Positions 19,833 to 30,313 of a stretch of DNA of 64,000 nt are shown piece after piece (position 1 is the stretch's first letter; each line of letters starts with the position of its first letter). The notes beneath the pieces were generated by a model. The model was not told the DNA's origin. It searched no databases and saw only the letters and a program-made list of their open reading frames with translations. The DNA comes from Candidatus Kapaibacterium sp. (lineage in GTDB: Bacteria; Bacteroidota; Ignavibacteria; Kapaibacteriales; UBA4661). The DNA is taken from assembly GCA_025358765.1 (NCBI GenBank), contig JANYIG010000196.1, positions 1,734 to 65,733 on the forward strand, given 5' to 3'. The translations under genes and the position numbers were made by a program.

Positions 19833-19942
19833 AATGTCCGCGAAGAATATCAAATCATGCACTGTATGTTTGCAAATTTTGATATGTTTGATTTTCGACC
19901 GTGAATTTCAAATCCTTTGTATTCTTCGCGGACATTTTTTTC
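19833..19942 (+). terminator. Long-range perfect inverted repeat plus T-run after the TBDR gene (terminator or structured RNA)
   Basis: aATGTCCGCGAAGAAT (19833-19848) pairs perfectly with ATTCTTCGCGGACATt (19921-19936). The 72-nt loop is AT-rich with sub-hairpins, and the second arm is followed by TTTTTTT. Confidence 0.45.
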
Positions 19943-19977
19943 GTCTTGATTTTCCATTCCTATTTCATAAAAACGCT

Positions 19978-21180
19978 ATGACAATTGGTTCATTCTTTCA
20001 CGCGCCAACGCCTTCATCAGCCTTCTGGGAAAGCCTTGCTATGCTGTTTCTGGGCATGACGAGCATGATGGGTATGGCGACCATCTCCGCAGCATACGCC
20101 CAACAACAGCAAATCCCTGTGATGAAAGGTATCACGGCGCAAACCGTGACCACAAGCCGTTTAACAACGCGCGTTTTGCTCTCTGGTGCCGACAAAGACG
20201 TTTCCGTAATATTCTTGCACGGCAATTTATCTTCCGCCACGTGGTGGGAAGAAACGATGCTTGCGCTACCGAAAGGCTTTCGCGGCATTGCGCCTGACCT
20301 ACGGGGTTTTGGGAGCGCCGACCCCACGAAACTCGTTGATGCCACACGCGGTGCGGGCGATTGGGCGGACGATGTAATTGCACTTATGGACAAACTCGGC
20401 ATTCAAAAGGCGCATCTGGTGGCTAATTCGCTTGGCGGACATGCGGCATGGCGCATTATCGCGGAGTATCCTGAGCGGCTGTTATCGGTGACAATGGTGG
20501 CAACGGGTTCGCCGTACGGTTTTGGCGGAACAAAAGATACACTTGGAACGCCCTGTTTTAGCGACTTTGCTGGTACGGGCGGCGGCTTGAGCAATCAACT
20601 GCTCATCAAAGCCATCAAAGACGGTGATCGCAGCACAAATACTATATTCACACCGCGTTCAGCACTGAGAAATTTCGTCGTGAAGCCGCCGTTTATTCCT
20701 GCCCGCGAAGAAGAGCTTCTTTCCTCTATGATGAGCGTTCATTTAGGCGAAAAGGCGCTTCCGGGCGATGCCACAAAATCCACGAACTGGCCTTCGTTTG
20801 CGCCGGGCGTGTGGGGTGCGGTCAACGCGCTCTCGCCAAAATATGCAGGCGACGTGACGAAACTATGGCGCACGGACAAGGCAACGCCGAAAGTGTCCGT
20901 GCTATGGATTCGTGGCGCGAATGACCTTGCCGTCTCGAACACCGCTGCGTCAGACATCGGCACACTTGGAATGCGTGGTATTATTCCGGGTTATCCGGGT
21001 AAAAACGTCTATCCGCCGCAACCGATGCTCGACCAAACTCGCGTGGTTCTTGGTAAATACAAAGCTGCGGGCGGCTCGTACAAAGAAGTCGTGATAGAGG
21101 ATTGTGGGCATGTGCCGTACCTTGAAAAGCCAACGGAATTTGCGAAATATTTCCATGAGCATCTTCGCAACGCCAGATGA
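19978..21180 (+). CDS. Alpha/beta-fold hydrolase, probably exported
   Basis: It has an HG oxyanion motif (VIFLHGN) and a nucleophile elbow (LVANSLGGHAAW), and a His lies near the C-terminus (DCGHVPYLE). The N-terminal hydrophobic stretch MLFLGMTSMMGMATISAAYAQ suggests a signal peptide. The start could be 19978 or 20041. The track start at 19834 lies inside the upstream hairpin. Confidence 0.7.
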   Translation: MTIGSFFHAPTPSSAFWESLAMLFLGMTSMMGMATISAAYAQQQQIPVMKGITAQTVTTSRLTTRVLLSGADKDVSVIFLHGNLSSATWWEETMLALPKGFRGIAPDLRGFGSADPTKLVDATRGAGDWADDVIALMDKLGIQKAHLVANSLGGHAAWRIIAEYPERLLSVTMVATGSPYGFGGTKDTLGTPCFSDFAGTGGGLSNQLLIKAIKDGDRSTNTIFTPRSALRNFVVKPPFIPAREEELLSSMMSVHLGEKALPGDATKSTNWPSFAPGVWGAVNALSPKYAGDVTKLWRTDKATPKVSVLWIRGANDLAVSNTAASDIGTLGMRGIIPGYPGKNVYPPQPMLDQTRVVLGKYKAAGGSYKEVVIEDCGHVPYLEKPTEFAKYFHEHLRNAR

Positions 21181-21311
21181 GGGAAGCGATTGATGTGATT
21201 GACGGAAGTCGGTTTACGGACGTTTCGCAAGATTTCGGTATATTGTAGGAAATATTACAGGAAAACATCCTACTAACCAATGTATTTAGAGATTAGAAAG
21301 ACTTGGAAAAC

Positions 21312-21818
21312 ATGGCAGAATCATTTACTCCAGACGAAACAATAAAACGCGAGATGTTGCAAGCCTTTGGCGAGGCGTATCGGGGGCTTGGGCTGAACAA
21401 ACAAATGGGCTACATCGTGGCTTTGCTGCTCATGTCGCCTGAACCGCTTTCGCTTGACGAAATCACGAAAAGTCTTGGGATGAGCAAAGGCCCTATAAGC
21501 CAGATTACACGCCGCTTACAGGAACGCAACATTATTCGCAAAGTGTGGAGTCCGGGTTCGCGTAAAGATTACTACGAAATTCAGCCGGATATCTTCGCCA
21601 GTGCGTTCAAAAATTTTGCGGAAAAAATGCACACTAACACCATGATTTCCCAGATGATCCGCAAGCAGATTGACAGCTCCGGAGCGAGTGTTCCCGAAGT
21701 ATTTGACCGTCGATTGAATGAAATGGAACATTTTTATGCGCTGATGGATAAACATTTTACAAATTTTCTGGACGAGTGGGCGGAAGAACGCACAAAAATT
21801 GCTTCACCAACTGTGTAA
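21312..21818 (+). CDS. GbsR/MarR-type winged-helix transcriptional regulator
   Basis: A winged HTH is present (LSLDEITKSLGMSKGPISQITRRLQERNIIRKV) followed by GSRKDYYE, which is characteristic of GbsR-type regulators. The start is ATG at 21312 or TTG at 21303. Confidence 0.65.
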   Translation: MAESFTPDETIKREMLQAFGEAYRGLGLNKQMGYIVALLLMSPEPLSLDEITKSLGMSKGPISQITRRLQERNIIRKVWSPGSRKDYYEIQPDIFASAFKNFAEKMHTNTMISQMIRKQIDSSGASVPEVFDRRLNEMEHFYALMDKHFTNFLDEWAEERTKIASPTV

Positions 21819-21860
21819 TCTCGCTTTGACTCAAATCACCACGACCTACCAACAATTATC

Positions 21861-22919
21861 ATGAAATATTCTCTTCTTCAGCGCGGCGCTCGGTTTAAGC
21901 GGGTTGCGGATATGTGGCGAGCATTTTTAGGCACGACCACATCATCGTTGTTGCCCTCGGCGGCGCACAAAACAGCGACTTCCAAGCCTACATTACCCAT
22001 CATTACAAGCCTTGAGGATAGTGAGCATGGTTTCAGCAGTTTGCGCTATCCGTTCTCCGTCAATACCGTACAACTGAGCAATGGTGTCACTCTTGCGTAC
22101 ATTGACGAAGGTACGGCGCACGGAGTAAATGGCGAGACAATTATTTTTCTGCATGGTTTAGGCAGCTATATTCCAGCGTGGAGTAAGAACATCGGCGCAT
22201 TGCGTGAGCAGTATCGGTGCATAGCGTTGGATTTTCCGGGCTATGGGAAATCCAGCAAAGGCGAATACCCATTTTCAATGGAGTTTTATGCCGACACAGT
22301 GAAGGAGTTGATGGACGCACTCAATATCTACAAAGCCACGTTGTGCGGACATTCGATGGGCGGGCAAGTGGCAATGACAGCGGCTTTGCGCCACCCCGAG
22401 CGCGTAAAACAATTGATTCTTGTTGACCCCGCGGGGTTGGAGCAGTTTTCGGCGCGAGAAACATCGTGGATGCGGAATGCTGTAACGGCTAAAGGCATTG
22501 CCTCTACACCCGAATACCGTTTGCGATTGGCATATCGATTGAACTTTTACCGAATGCCGAGCGACACGGAGCCAATGATTCAAGATCGGCTTGCTATGCG
22601 GAGTTTTAAGGATTTTGACCTTCATTGTTATGCGCTTGCAAAATCCGTTCATGCAATGATTGATGCACCAGTCATAGAGCGTCTTCCAGAAATTTCCCAA
22701 CAAACGCTGATTCTTTTTGGCGAGAACGACACGCTTATTCCCAACCCGCTTTTGCATTGGGGCAGACCTGTTGATGTGGCACGATTTGGAGCGTCGTCAA
22801 TTCAGAATAGCCGTTTGGTGATGATTCCGAAGTGTGGGCATTTCGCGCAGTTCGAGCAGCCCGAAGCGGTGAATAATGCTATTCGTGCTTTTCTGCCGGC
22901 GCTGCATCCTGTGGAATGA
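21861..22919 (+). CDS. Alpha/beta-fold hydrolase
   Basis: Motifs IIFLHGLG, nucleophile elbow LCGHSMGGQVAM, FGENDTLIP and the catalytic His context KCGHFAQFEQPE are all present. Confidence 0.8.
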   Translation: MKYSLLQRGARFKRVADMWRAFLGTTTSSLLPSAAHKTATSKPTLPIITSLEDSEHGFSSLRYPFSVNTVQLSNGVTLAYIDEGTAHGVNGETIIFLHGLGSYIPAWSKNIGALREQYRCIALDFPGYGKSSKGEYPFSMEFYADTVKELMDALNIYKATLCGHSMGGQVAMTAALRHPERVKQLILVDPAGLEQFSARETSWMRNAVTAKGIASTPEYRLRLAYRLNFYRMPSDTEPMIQDRLAMRSFKDFDLHCYALAKSVHAMIDAPVIERLPEISQQTLILFGENDTLIPNPLLHWGRPVDVARFGASSIQNSRLVMIPKCGHFAQFEQPEAVNNAIRAFLPALHPVE

Positions 22920-23066
22920 CCTTCTATAAAAACTTCATGCAAGGCGGCGTACATATCCCTACCAACGTTCCTTCGTTATTGTTTCCTGCACATTTCCTAT
23001 CTTGCGGTTTGTGAATCCGTACCGAGGGAGCATTCTGCCCCCTGATATTCCTCGCACACTCGCTTT

Positions 23067-23669
23067 ATGAATGCTCAATACCAACAGTTGTCGAACGAAC
23101 AAGTCTGGGAGATGTTTCGTCAGGGTGATGACGGAGCATTTGGCGAACTGTACGAACGCCTGTTTAACGATTTATATCGTTACGGTTACCAACTTTCGCG
23201 GAATCACCTTGCTGTCCAAGATTGCCTACACGATTTATTTCTCTACCTCCACCAGCATCGCTCCACCATTGGCGCGGCGCAGTCCGTGAAATTTTACCTC
23301 ATGCGTGCGCTTCGGCGGCGCATGGCACACACTTCCCACGAACAAGCTCATCTCGTTTTGTCTTCCGACGATGAAGGATTTGAGTTTGAGGGAATTATTC
23401 CCCCCGAAGGCTCGCCCGAAGATGAGTGGGTGGCAAACGACGCGGCAAACGAGCAACAGCGCACAATCCTCGGATACGTCAATCAACTGCCCAAACGCCA
23501 GCGCGAGGCATTATATCTGCTGTATTATGGGGGAATGACGCACACACAAATCGCAGAAACAATGGGTGTCAAAATCGAAACTGTGTACGCGTTTTTGCAT
23601 CGGGCGATGGAATTTTTACGCTTGCACTTACTCACGCTTCTTTTCGTTCTGTGGTTTACGGCTTCGTAA
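23067..23669 (+). CDS. ECF-type RNA polymerase sigma-70 family factor
   Basis: It has a region 2 (FGELYERLFNDLYRYGY..., DCLHDLFLYL) and a region 4 HTH (LPKRQREALYLLYYGGMTHTQIAETMGVKIETVYAFLHRA). A FecR gene and a SusC gene with an STN domain follow. Confidence 0.85.
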   Translation: MNAQYQQLSNEQVWEMFRQGDDGAFGELYERLFNDLYRYGYQLSRNHLAVQDCLHDLFLYLHQHRSTIGAAQSVKFYLMRALRRRMAHTSHEQAHLVLSSDDEGFEFEGIIPPEGSPEDEWVANDAANEQQRTILGYVNQLPKRQREALYLLYYGGMTHTQIAETMGVKIETVYAFLHRAMEFLRLHLLTLLFVLWFTAS

Positions 23670-23880
23670 CCTTCCTTTTTAAATTCCTCTAAAGCGTTGA
23701 TTTACAATAGGTTCGCTTATGGCGTGTTCGCTCGTGGCGAAAAAAATATCGCTTTTTGCGAAAAATAGTAAAGAATTCGTAATCTGATCGCTCTTATCTA
23801 ATAAGGATAATGGAGGAGTGATAACCCAACAGAAAAATAACAGTATTTGGTGTGTCACCATTATTTCCTAACAAACATCT

Positions 23881-24930
23881 ATGCAACAACAATCATATTC
23901 TTCTGCCAGCGCATTAGCGTTAGACGCTTCATTTCAGGAATGGGTACAGCATCCAACCCCTGAGAACGCCGTGCGATGGGAACAGTGGATACAGCAAGAG
24001 GCTTCCCATCAACAATTAGCAGACGAAGCGCGGCGAATGCTTCTCCTGCTCAAACCCGCACAGGCGGACATCCCAGACCACGCACGGCAGCACGTCTGGC
24101 AACGATTGCAAGCAAGCATAAAAATTCAACCTACCGTGCAGAAGGCATCGGTGCTAACGCTCGTAACGAATCCGTTCCAACGCATATATCGCACCCCTTC
24201 GTATCGCTGGGCAGCAGTTGCCGCAATTGTTGTCGTTCTTATGGGTGGCGCGTATTGGTCGTTTTTCATGCCACGCGACACCGAAGTAGCAACTACTGTC
24301 GCAGAAATAAAAACATTGACGTTGCCCGACGGCTCGACCGTTGTTCTCAATGCTAATTCCACACTGACCTACGATGCGCGGTGGGATGGAACGGCGGAAC
24401 GCAGCGTTACGCTGTCCGGCGAGGCGTTTTTCAAAGTGACAAAACAAAACGTTCAAGGGCAGGGAGTAAAATTTCTGGTTCGCACGAAATATGCAACGGT
24501 CGAAGTTCTCGGAACGCAGTTTAACGTGAATACCCGCCGAGAGCGCACAGCGGTGGTGCTGAACGAGGGGCGAGTAAGGCTTGTCAGCCCAACAGCGAAT
24601 TCGCAAGTGATAGACCTGCGTCCGGGCGAAAAAATTGAGCTTACGGCACAAGGTTCTTTTACCAAAACGCCTGTGAATCCGGATGTTTGGACTTCGTGGA
24701 AAGATAACAAGCTCATTTTCAACGGTGCATCGCTACACGACGTTGCCCAATTGCTGCAGGATAATTACAATGTGACGGTGATTTTCGAGGATGATGAGTT
24801 AGCAAATCTAAATTTCACGGGTGGAGTGCCCGCGAACGATTTAGACAAACTTGTCCGCGTTATTGCGGAAGCATTTTCTATCGAAGTCACGCGGACGGAA
24901 CAGACAATTGTTGTTCGTCGCAAACGATGA
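23881..24930 (+). CDS. FecR-family anti-sigma factor / transmembrane sensor
   Basis: It has a single central TM helix (WAAVAAIVVVLMGGAYW) and a periplasmic FecR domain (TLPDGSTVVLNANSTLTY...TLSGEAFFKV...VEVLGTQFNV). Confidence 0.85.
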   Translation: MQQQSYSSASALALDASFQEWVQHPTPENAVRWEQWIQQEASHQQLADEARRMLLLLKPAQADIPDHARQHVWQRLQASIKIQPTVQKASVLTLVTNPFQRIYRTPSYRWAAVAAIVVVLMGGAYWSFFMPRDTEVATTVAEIKTLTLPDGSTVVLNANSTLTYDARWDGTAERSVTLSGEAFFKVTKQNVQGQGVKFLVRTKYATVEVLGTQFNVNTRRERTAVVLNEGRVRLVSPTANSQVIDLRPGEKIELTAQGSFTKTPVNPDVWTSWKDNKLIFNGASLHDVAQLLQDNYNVTVIFEDDELANLNFTGGVPANDLDKLVRVIAEAFSIEVTRTEQTIVVRRKR

Positions 24931-25221
24931 GCGGCTGTTTCTAAATGTAAAAATCTCCGCCCTTCGACATGCACCAAACGGAGTGCTCTGGATGGGGTGA
25001 ATGGTCTCATCCAGAGCCTGTCGGAGGTATGTTGGTTGGAGAATATACAATTGACAATAAAAAAAATGAGAATGGCGAATTGGAGGTTGTTTCGGACGCG
25101 AGTACAATCCTCATTTGCTATTCGCAAGATATTCGGAGGAGTGTAGTGTGAGACAGGGCGCCAGTTCTTGCATTACAGCCATTAACGTACTTTGTTTTTT
25201 AACCCCATCTATTGTACTGCT

Positions 25222-28200
25222 ATGAACCGTTTTTTACCTACGACAACGCGGTGGATGCTGGGCATTTACGCCTGTTGCAGTCTTTTTTTTCTGACGGTGA
25301 ATGAAGCTCCAGCGCAGCTTATAGCGCAGCGTATAACCAATCCTACGAACCCCGAAACCCGCAAGGAAACACGTCAGCGTGTGCTTTTGCGGTCGCTGTT
25401 GGACGATTTATCGAAAAAACATCAAGTCTTATTCAGCCATAACACCGATGTTGTGCGCGATGTGTATGTGGAGCCTAAAACGCTTGAAATCCCAAAAAAT
25501 GAGATTGAACGACAGCTCAATGATTTATTAGAAGGCAGTGATTTACACTGCAAAAAAATTGATAACGAAACATTTGTGATTCGCTCCACGAATGAGCAGC
25601 GGTTGGAGTCATCAAAATCAGAAAAAAAATTCGACGGCGCAGGTGAGTCGCTACTTTCACCTGTGCCTGCCGGCTCGGTTGTGGCACCAATGGCGGATGT
25701 TCTAGTGAAAGGTAAAGTAAAAGCAGCGCTGGAAGGAACACCGCTCGGCGGCGCGACCATCCGAATAAAAAACAAGGCGCAAGGCACAATAGCCGATGTA
25801 CGCGGTGGATTTGCGATTTCTGTGGCAGAAACAGATACTCTTCTTATTTCCTATTTGGGTTTTGAACCGCAGAGTGTTCCTGTGCAAGGGCGTACAGACA
25901 TTCTCGTTTCATTAGAACTCAGTCTGAATAACTTTCTTGACCAAGTAGTCGTCGTTGGCTACGGCACACAGAAAAAATCAGACATTACGGGTTCAGTAGC
26001 GAATGTGAAGGGCGAAGAACTGAGCAAACAACCAGTTCTGACGGTAACGCAAGCGCTGCAAGGTAAAGTTTCTGGCGTTCAGGTGATTGCTTCGGGAACA
26101 CCCGGTTCGGCTCCCGTTGTGCGTATTCGTGGTACGGGAACGATTTTGGGTGGTGCTGACCCGCTTTATGTCGTAGATGGTGTTCTTACAAACGATATTC
26201 GCAACATCAACACGTCGGATATTGCTTCGGTGGATATTCTCAAAGATGCCTCCGCAACCGCTATCTACGGGGTTCGCGCCGCAAACGGTGTGATTGTGAT
26301 TACCACCAAACGCGGCAAAGGCGAAAAGATGACCGTCACGTACGACGGGTTTGTAGGCTTTCGGACACCGACGAGCAAAGTCCAGATGGCAGATTCTAAG
26401 CTGTATGTAGATTATTCCAACGAAGCACTTGCCTACGATAATCAAAAACCAGCCTTCAGTATGGACACCATCCGCAACAGCACGAACTGGTTCGATGAAA
26501 TCACTCGCAGTGCGCTTATTCATAATCATGCGGTTTCGCTCAGTGGCAGCTCCGAGCAAGTGAGTTACTTCGTGAGTGCTGGTTATTTGAACGAAAATGG
26601 AATGCTCAAAGGTACGAATTATGAACGGATAACGCTTCGTGCGAACAACGAATACCGCGTTGCCAGTTTTCTGAAAATCGGCAATAATCTGAGTCTTGCC
26701 ACCGACCAAACTGAAAACAAACCAGGCAATGCGTTTACGTCTTCGTACCGTCAAGCGCCTATTGTGCCTGTACGTTATGCCGATGGAAGCTACGGTTCGG
26801 TTTCACAAAATAATACAGCAAATCCTGTTGCAGAACTTGATTTCACCAACGACCGTTCGACGGGTTTACGGCTACAGGGCAATATGTTTGCGGAATTGAA
26901 TGTTCTTAACCATATCACGGCGCGGACAAGTTTTTCAATCGAAAACTCAAATAACGCAGGACGTGTCTATAACCCCGTTTATACGGTCAATGCCAATCAG
27001 CGCAACCTCGTTAGTTCGCTGAATATTTCCAAAGGCAATGGCTATCGCTGGATTTGGGATAATACTGTTTCGTACGCAAACCTCTTCGACGGCGTTCATA
27101 GCGTGAATGTGCTTGCTGGCACAACATCGGAGCGTGGACACAGCGAAACGGTGACAGGAACCCGCCAAAATGTCCCGCAGCAAGAGCAATATTGGTACTT
27201 GAATGCTGGGACGCTTTCAAGCGCGGGCAATAGCGGGACGGGAACCGAAGACACACGCAATTCCTACATCGGCAGACTGAATTACGGCTATAACGGGAAA
27301 TACCTTGTCACGGCAACGGCGCGGTACGACGGTTCCAGCAAGTTCCCAACGCAAAATCGGTGGGGCTTTTTCCCGTCGGTCGGGTTGGGTTGGGTGTTGA
27401 GCGAAGAATCGTTTTTGAAAGATGGAGCATTTAGTTTGCTGAAACTCCGCGCAAGCTGGGGACGAAGCGGGAATGATCGCATTGACCCCGCGGCATTTCT
27501 TTATACCATTGCGTCGGGCTTGGATTATCCGCTTGGTAACCAAAAAGACTTGGTTCAGGGCAATACCATCACGGACGTGAAAGACCCAAATTTGCGTTGG
27601 GAAATCACGCAAGGAATCAACATCGGTATGGAGTTTGCGTTGCTCGGCAATAAACTCTACGGCGAGGTGGAATATTACAACAAACTCACGACGGATGCGC
27701 TCATCAACAAGCCTATTGATGCGGTATTTGGGACAACGCAATATCTCACTAATGCTGCCTCTATCCGTAATAGCGGCGTGGAAATAAGTTTGAATTGGCG
27801 CGACCAAATCTCGAACGATGTTCGCTACAGCGTAGGCGTGAACCTCACGGCAAACTCGAACAGCATAGCAGAGGTCAACGGCGGGCTGCCGATTACCGAA
27901 GGTGGCATCGGTAATGGTCAAGTGACAACGCGCACCGAAGTTGGTCAGCCAATAGGCAGTTTTTGGCTCTACGAGACAAATGGCGTATTCCAATCTGCGG
28001 CTGACATCAAGGCGGTGCCACACCTTGGTAATGCAAAGCCGGGCGATTTACGCTACAAAGACAACAACGGCGACGGCGTGATTGATGATAAAGACAAAAT
28101 CTACGCTGGCTCGTACCAACCGTCATTCTACGCGGGTTTTAACGGTAGCCTTATTGTCGGAAGTCTTGATTTTTCGTTTGATTGTTATACAAACGTAGGT

Positions 28201-28590
28201 AACAAAGTCTATAACGGCAAAAAAGCAGTGCGCTTTGGCAATGAGAATATTGAGGCTTCACGCGCAAGCCGTTGGACACCGACGAACCCGTCCAACACGG
28301 AACCACGCGCTTCCAACGATGTTCCGGTATCTTCCACATACTTTCTGGAATCTGGTTCGTTTTTCCGCGTGAATAACATTACGCTTGGATTCACGTTGCC
28401 CCAAGAAGTTGTGCAAATGTTTGGCGCACAGAGATTCCGCGTGTACATCGCCGCACAAAACCCAATCATCATCAAGAGTTTTTCTGGCTATTCGCCAGAA
28501 CTGCCGGGTGGTACGCTGAATTCTGGTATTGAGCTTGGTTCGTATCCGGTGCCATCTACGTATATGTTTGGTATCAATCTTGGATTTTAA
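25222..28590 (+). CDS. susC: SusC/RagA-family TonB-linked outer-membrane transporter with N-terminal STN signalling domain
   Basis: It has an STN-like segment (LRSLLDDLSKKHQVLFSHNTD...), a CarbopepD_reg-like domain, the TonB box and plug (DQVVVVGYGTQKKSDITGSV...IRIRGTGT), the SusC signature NGVIVITTKRGK, and a barrel ending in ..FGINLGF. The start is ATG at 25222 (MNRFLPTT...). Confidence 0.9.
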   Translation: MNRFLPTTTRWMLGIYACCSLFFLTVNEAPAQLIAQRITNPTNPETRKETRQRVLLRSLLDDLSKKHQVLFSHNTDVVRDVYVEPKTLEIPKNEIERQLNDLLEGSDLHCKKIDNETFVIRSTNEQRLESSKSEKKFDGAGESLLSPVPAGSVVAPMADVLVKGKVKAALEGTPLGGATIRIKNKAQGTIADVRGGFAISVAETDTLLISYLGFEPQSVPVQGRTDILVSLELSLNNFLDQVVVVGYGTQKKSDITGSVANVKGEELSKQPVLTVTQALQGKVSGVQVIASGTPGSAPVVRIRGTGTILGGADPLYVVDGVLTNDIRNINTSDIASVDILKDASATAIYGVRAANGVIVITTKRGKGEKMTVTYDGFVGFRTPTSKVQMADSKLYVDYSNEALAYDNQKPAFSMDTIRNSTNWFDEITRSALIHNHAVSLSGSSEQVSYFVSAGYLNENGMLKGTNYERITLRANNEYRVASFLKIGNNLSLATDQTENKPGNAFTSSYRQAPIVPVRYADGSYGSVSQNNTANPVAELDFTNDRSTGLRLQGNMFAELNVLNHITARTSFSIENSNNAGRVYNPVYTVNANQRNLVSSLNISKGNGYRWIWDNTVSYANLFDGVHSVNVLAGTTSERGHSETVTGTRQNVPQQEQYWYLNAGTLSSAGNSGTGTEDTRNSYIGRLNYGYNGKYLVTATARYDGSSKFPTQNRWGFFPSVGLGWVLSEESFLKDGAFSLLKLRASWGRSGNDRIDPAAFLYTIASGLDYPLGNQKDLVQGNTITDVKDPNLRWEITQGINIGMEFALLGNKLYGEVEYYNKLTTDALINKPIDAVFGTTQYLTNAASIRNSGVEISLNWRDQISNDVRYSVGVNLTANSNSIAEVNGGLPITEGGIGNGQVTTRTEVGQPIGSFWLYETNGVFQSAADIKAVPHLGNAKPGDLRYKDNNGDGVIDDKDKIYAGSYQPSFYAGFNGSLIVGSLDFSFDCYTNVGNKVYNGKKAVRFGNENIEASRASRWTPTNPSNTEPRASNDVPVSSTYFLESGSFFRVNNITLGFTLPQEVVQMFGAQRFRVYIAAQNPIIIKSFSGYSPELPGGTLNSGIELGSYPVPSTYMFGINLGF

Positions 28591-28681
28591 GCGAAGGACA
28601 GATTGGGAAGCATTTTTCATTCCCAATTCTTACTTGAGATAATTGACAACCAATTTCCCACAATCAAACGGTATCATTTTT

Positions 28682-30196
28682 ATGAAATCCTTTTCTATTT
28701 TCAAGAAGCCATTCGCGCTTGGTGCAGCGGTAGTGATTGCGACGGCATCTATTGCAGGCGGCTTGGCTTCATGCTCCAAGAGCTTTCTCGACGTTCCGCC
28801 GCAAGGTGACCAGACACCGGAAGATTTTTTCTCCGGCAACCCCAATTCGGCAACAAGTCTGGTGAACGCTGTCTATAACAAAATGCTCGACTGGAATTTG
28901 CACACATTTTCGTGGATAGGTATTTCCAGCATTACCTCCGACGATGCGGACAAAGGCAGCGATCCGGGCGATACTGGCACCGATAAACACGAATTAGACG
29001 GTTTCACATTCACGCCGACAAGTCTCTCCTTCAATGAAGTCTGGGAAGCGCAGTATCAGGGCATTGCCCGTGCGAACCAAGCCTTGAAGTACCTTCCAAA
29101 CCTTACGATTGAAGACGGCTTGAAAAAACGCCTTATTGGTGAAGTAAAGTTTTTGCGGGCGTATTTTTATTTCAACATGGTGCGTTCTTTTGGTGGTGTT
29201 CCTAAAGTGGATAGAGTCCCTGACCCGACCAACGCCACAGAGGTTGAAGCAGGTCGTGTTCGTGCCACAAAAGAGCAAATCTATCAGCTTATCGAAGAGG
29301 ATTTGAAGGCGGGCATTGAGTCGCTTCCCGACCAATATCCTGCCAGCGATGTAGGCAGAATCACCAAAGGCGCTGCAAAAACGATGTTGGCAAAAGTCTC
29401 CATGTATCAGAAAAAATGGAGCGAGGCGCAGCGTTTGACGGATGAAGTCATGGTTTCCGGTCAATACGGCTTGGTGGCGGATTATGCGACTATCTGGCGT
29501 GAATCGGGTCAGAACAGTCGTGAGTCTATCTTCGAGGTGCAAGGGCGCGGTTCAAACCCGAATAAAGGTTTGCAAGGTTATGTTGAATGTCAGTCTGTAC
29601 GCGGTCAGTGGGGTTGGGGATTCAACACCCCGACGGAATCGCTGTACAAAGCATACGAAACGGGTGATCCACGCCGCGAAGCAACCATCATCGTTCCGGG
29701 CGAAACACTCTGGGATGGCGAAAAAGTGAATGCTGATGCTCCAAACCCGCGTTACAACAAAAAAGCCTACTTGAGCCGCACGAAAGAAACCTTCGACGGC
29801 AATTCGTGGGAATCCAACAAAAACCTTCGCATCCTGCGTTATGCTGAAGTATTGCTCATCAACGCAGAAGCAGCAAACGAGCTTGGACAAGCTGGCAAGG
29901 CTGTTGCAAGCCTGAACCAAGTACGGGCAAGAGCGCGTGCGGGCAACAAAGAAATTCTGCCAGACGTTACGACGACCACGCAAAGCGATCTTCGCTTGAA
30001 AATCTGGCAAGAGCGCCGCGTGGAACTCGCCTTTGAGCATGATCGCTTTTTCGATATTGTGCGTCAAGGGCGTGCGGCGGAACTTATGCGTGCCAACGGC
30101 AAAAATTTTATTGCCGGCAAGCACGAATTGTTCCCGGTTCCGCAAAAACAGATTGACCTAAGCGGTGGCAAACTTACGCAAAATCCAGGCTACTAA
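28682..30196 (+). CDS. susD: SusD/RagB-family nutrient-binding outer-membrane lipoprotein
   Basis: A lipoprotein signal is present (AGGLASCS). TPR-like SusD motifs include FLRAYFYFNMVRSFGGVP and ERRVELAFEHDRFFDIVR. It sits directly downstream of susC. Confidence 0.9.
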   Translation: MKSFSIFKKPFALGAAVVIATASIAGGLASCSKSFLDVPPQGDQTPEDFFSGNPNSATSLVNAVYNKMLDWNLHTFSWIGISSITSDDADKGSDPGDTGTDKHELDGFTFTPTSLSFNEVWEAQYQGIARANQALKYLPNLTIEDGLKKRLIGEVKFLRAYFYFNMVRSFGGVPKVDRVPDPTNATEVEAGRVRATKEQIYQLIEEDLKAGIESLPDQYPASDVGRITKGAAKTMLAKVSMYQKKWSEAQRLTDEVMVSGQYGLVADYATIWRESGQNSRESIFEVQGRGSNPNKGLQGYVECQSVRGQWGWGFNTPTESLYKAYETGDPRREATIIVPGETLWDGEKVNADAPNPRYNKKAYLSRTKETFDGNSWESNKNLRILRYAEVLLINAEAANELGQAGKAVASLNQVRARARAGNKEILPDVTTTTQSDLRLKIWQERRVELAFEHDRFFDIVRQGRAAELMRANGKNFIAGKHELFPVPQKQIDLSGGKLTQNPGY

Positions 30197-30313
30197 CCTT
30201 TAGACATGGTGCCGCTTGTGAATTCCATAAGCGGCATTTTTTTGCCCCTTTTGCTAACGAGACCAAACTCTGGATTCCTATATTTTTCCCACTTTTCGCC
30301 TAATCATTTAATT

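Noticed and set aside
24986-25016. 9-bp hairpin CTCTGGATG…CATCCAGAG between fecR and susC as a terminator/attenuator
   Set aside because: No U-run follows and the stem is short. It may merely lie in the region holding the ECF-dependent susC promoter. The evidence is insufficient to call a feature.
25993-28023. Long minus-strand ORFs (253 aa and 268 aa) inside susC
   Set aside because: They are antisense shadows of a well-supported SusC frame. Their composition is Arg-rich, as is typical of the reverse frame of coding DNA.
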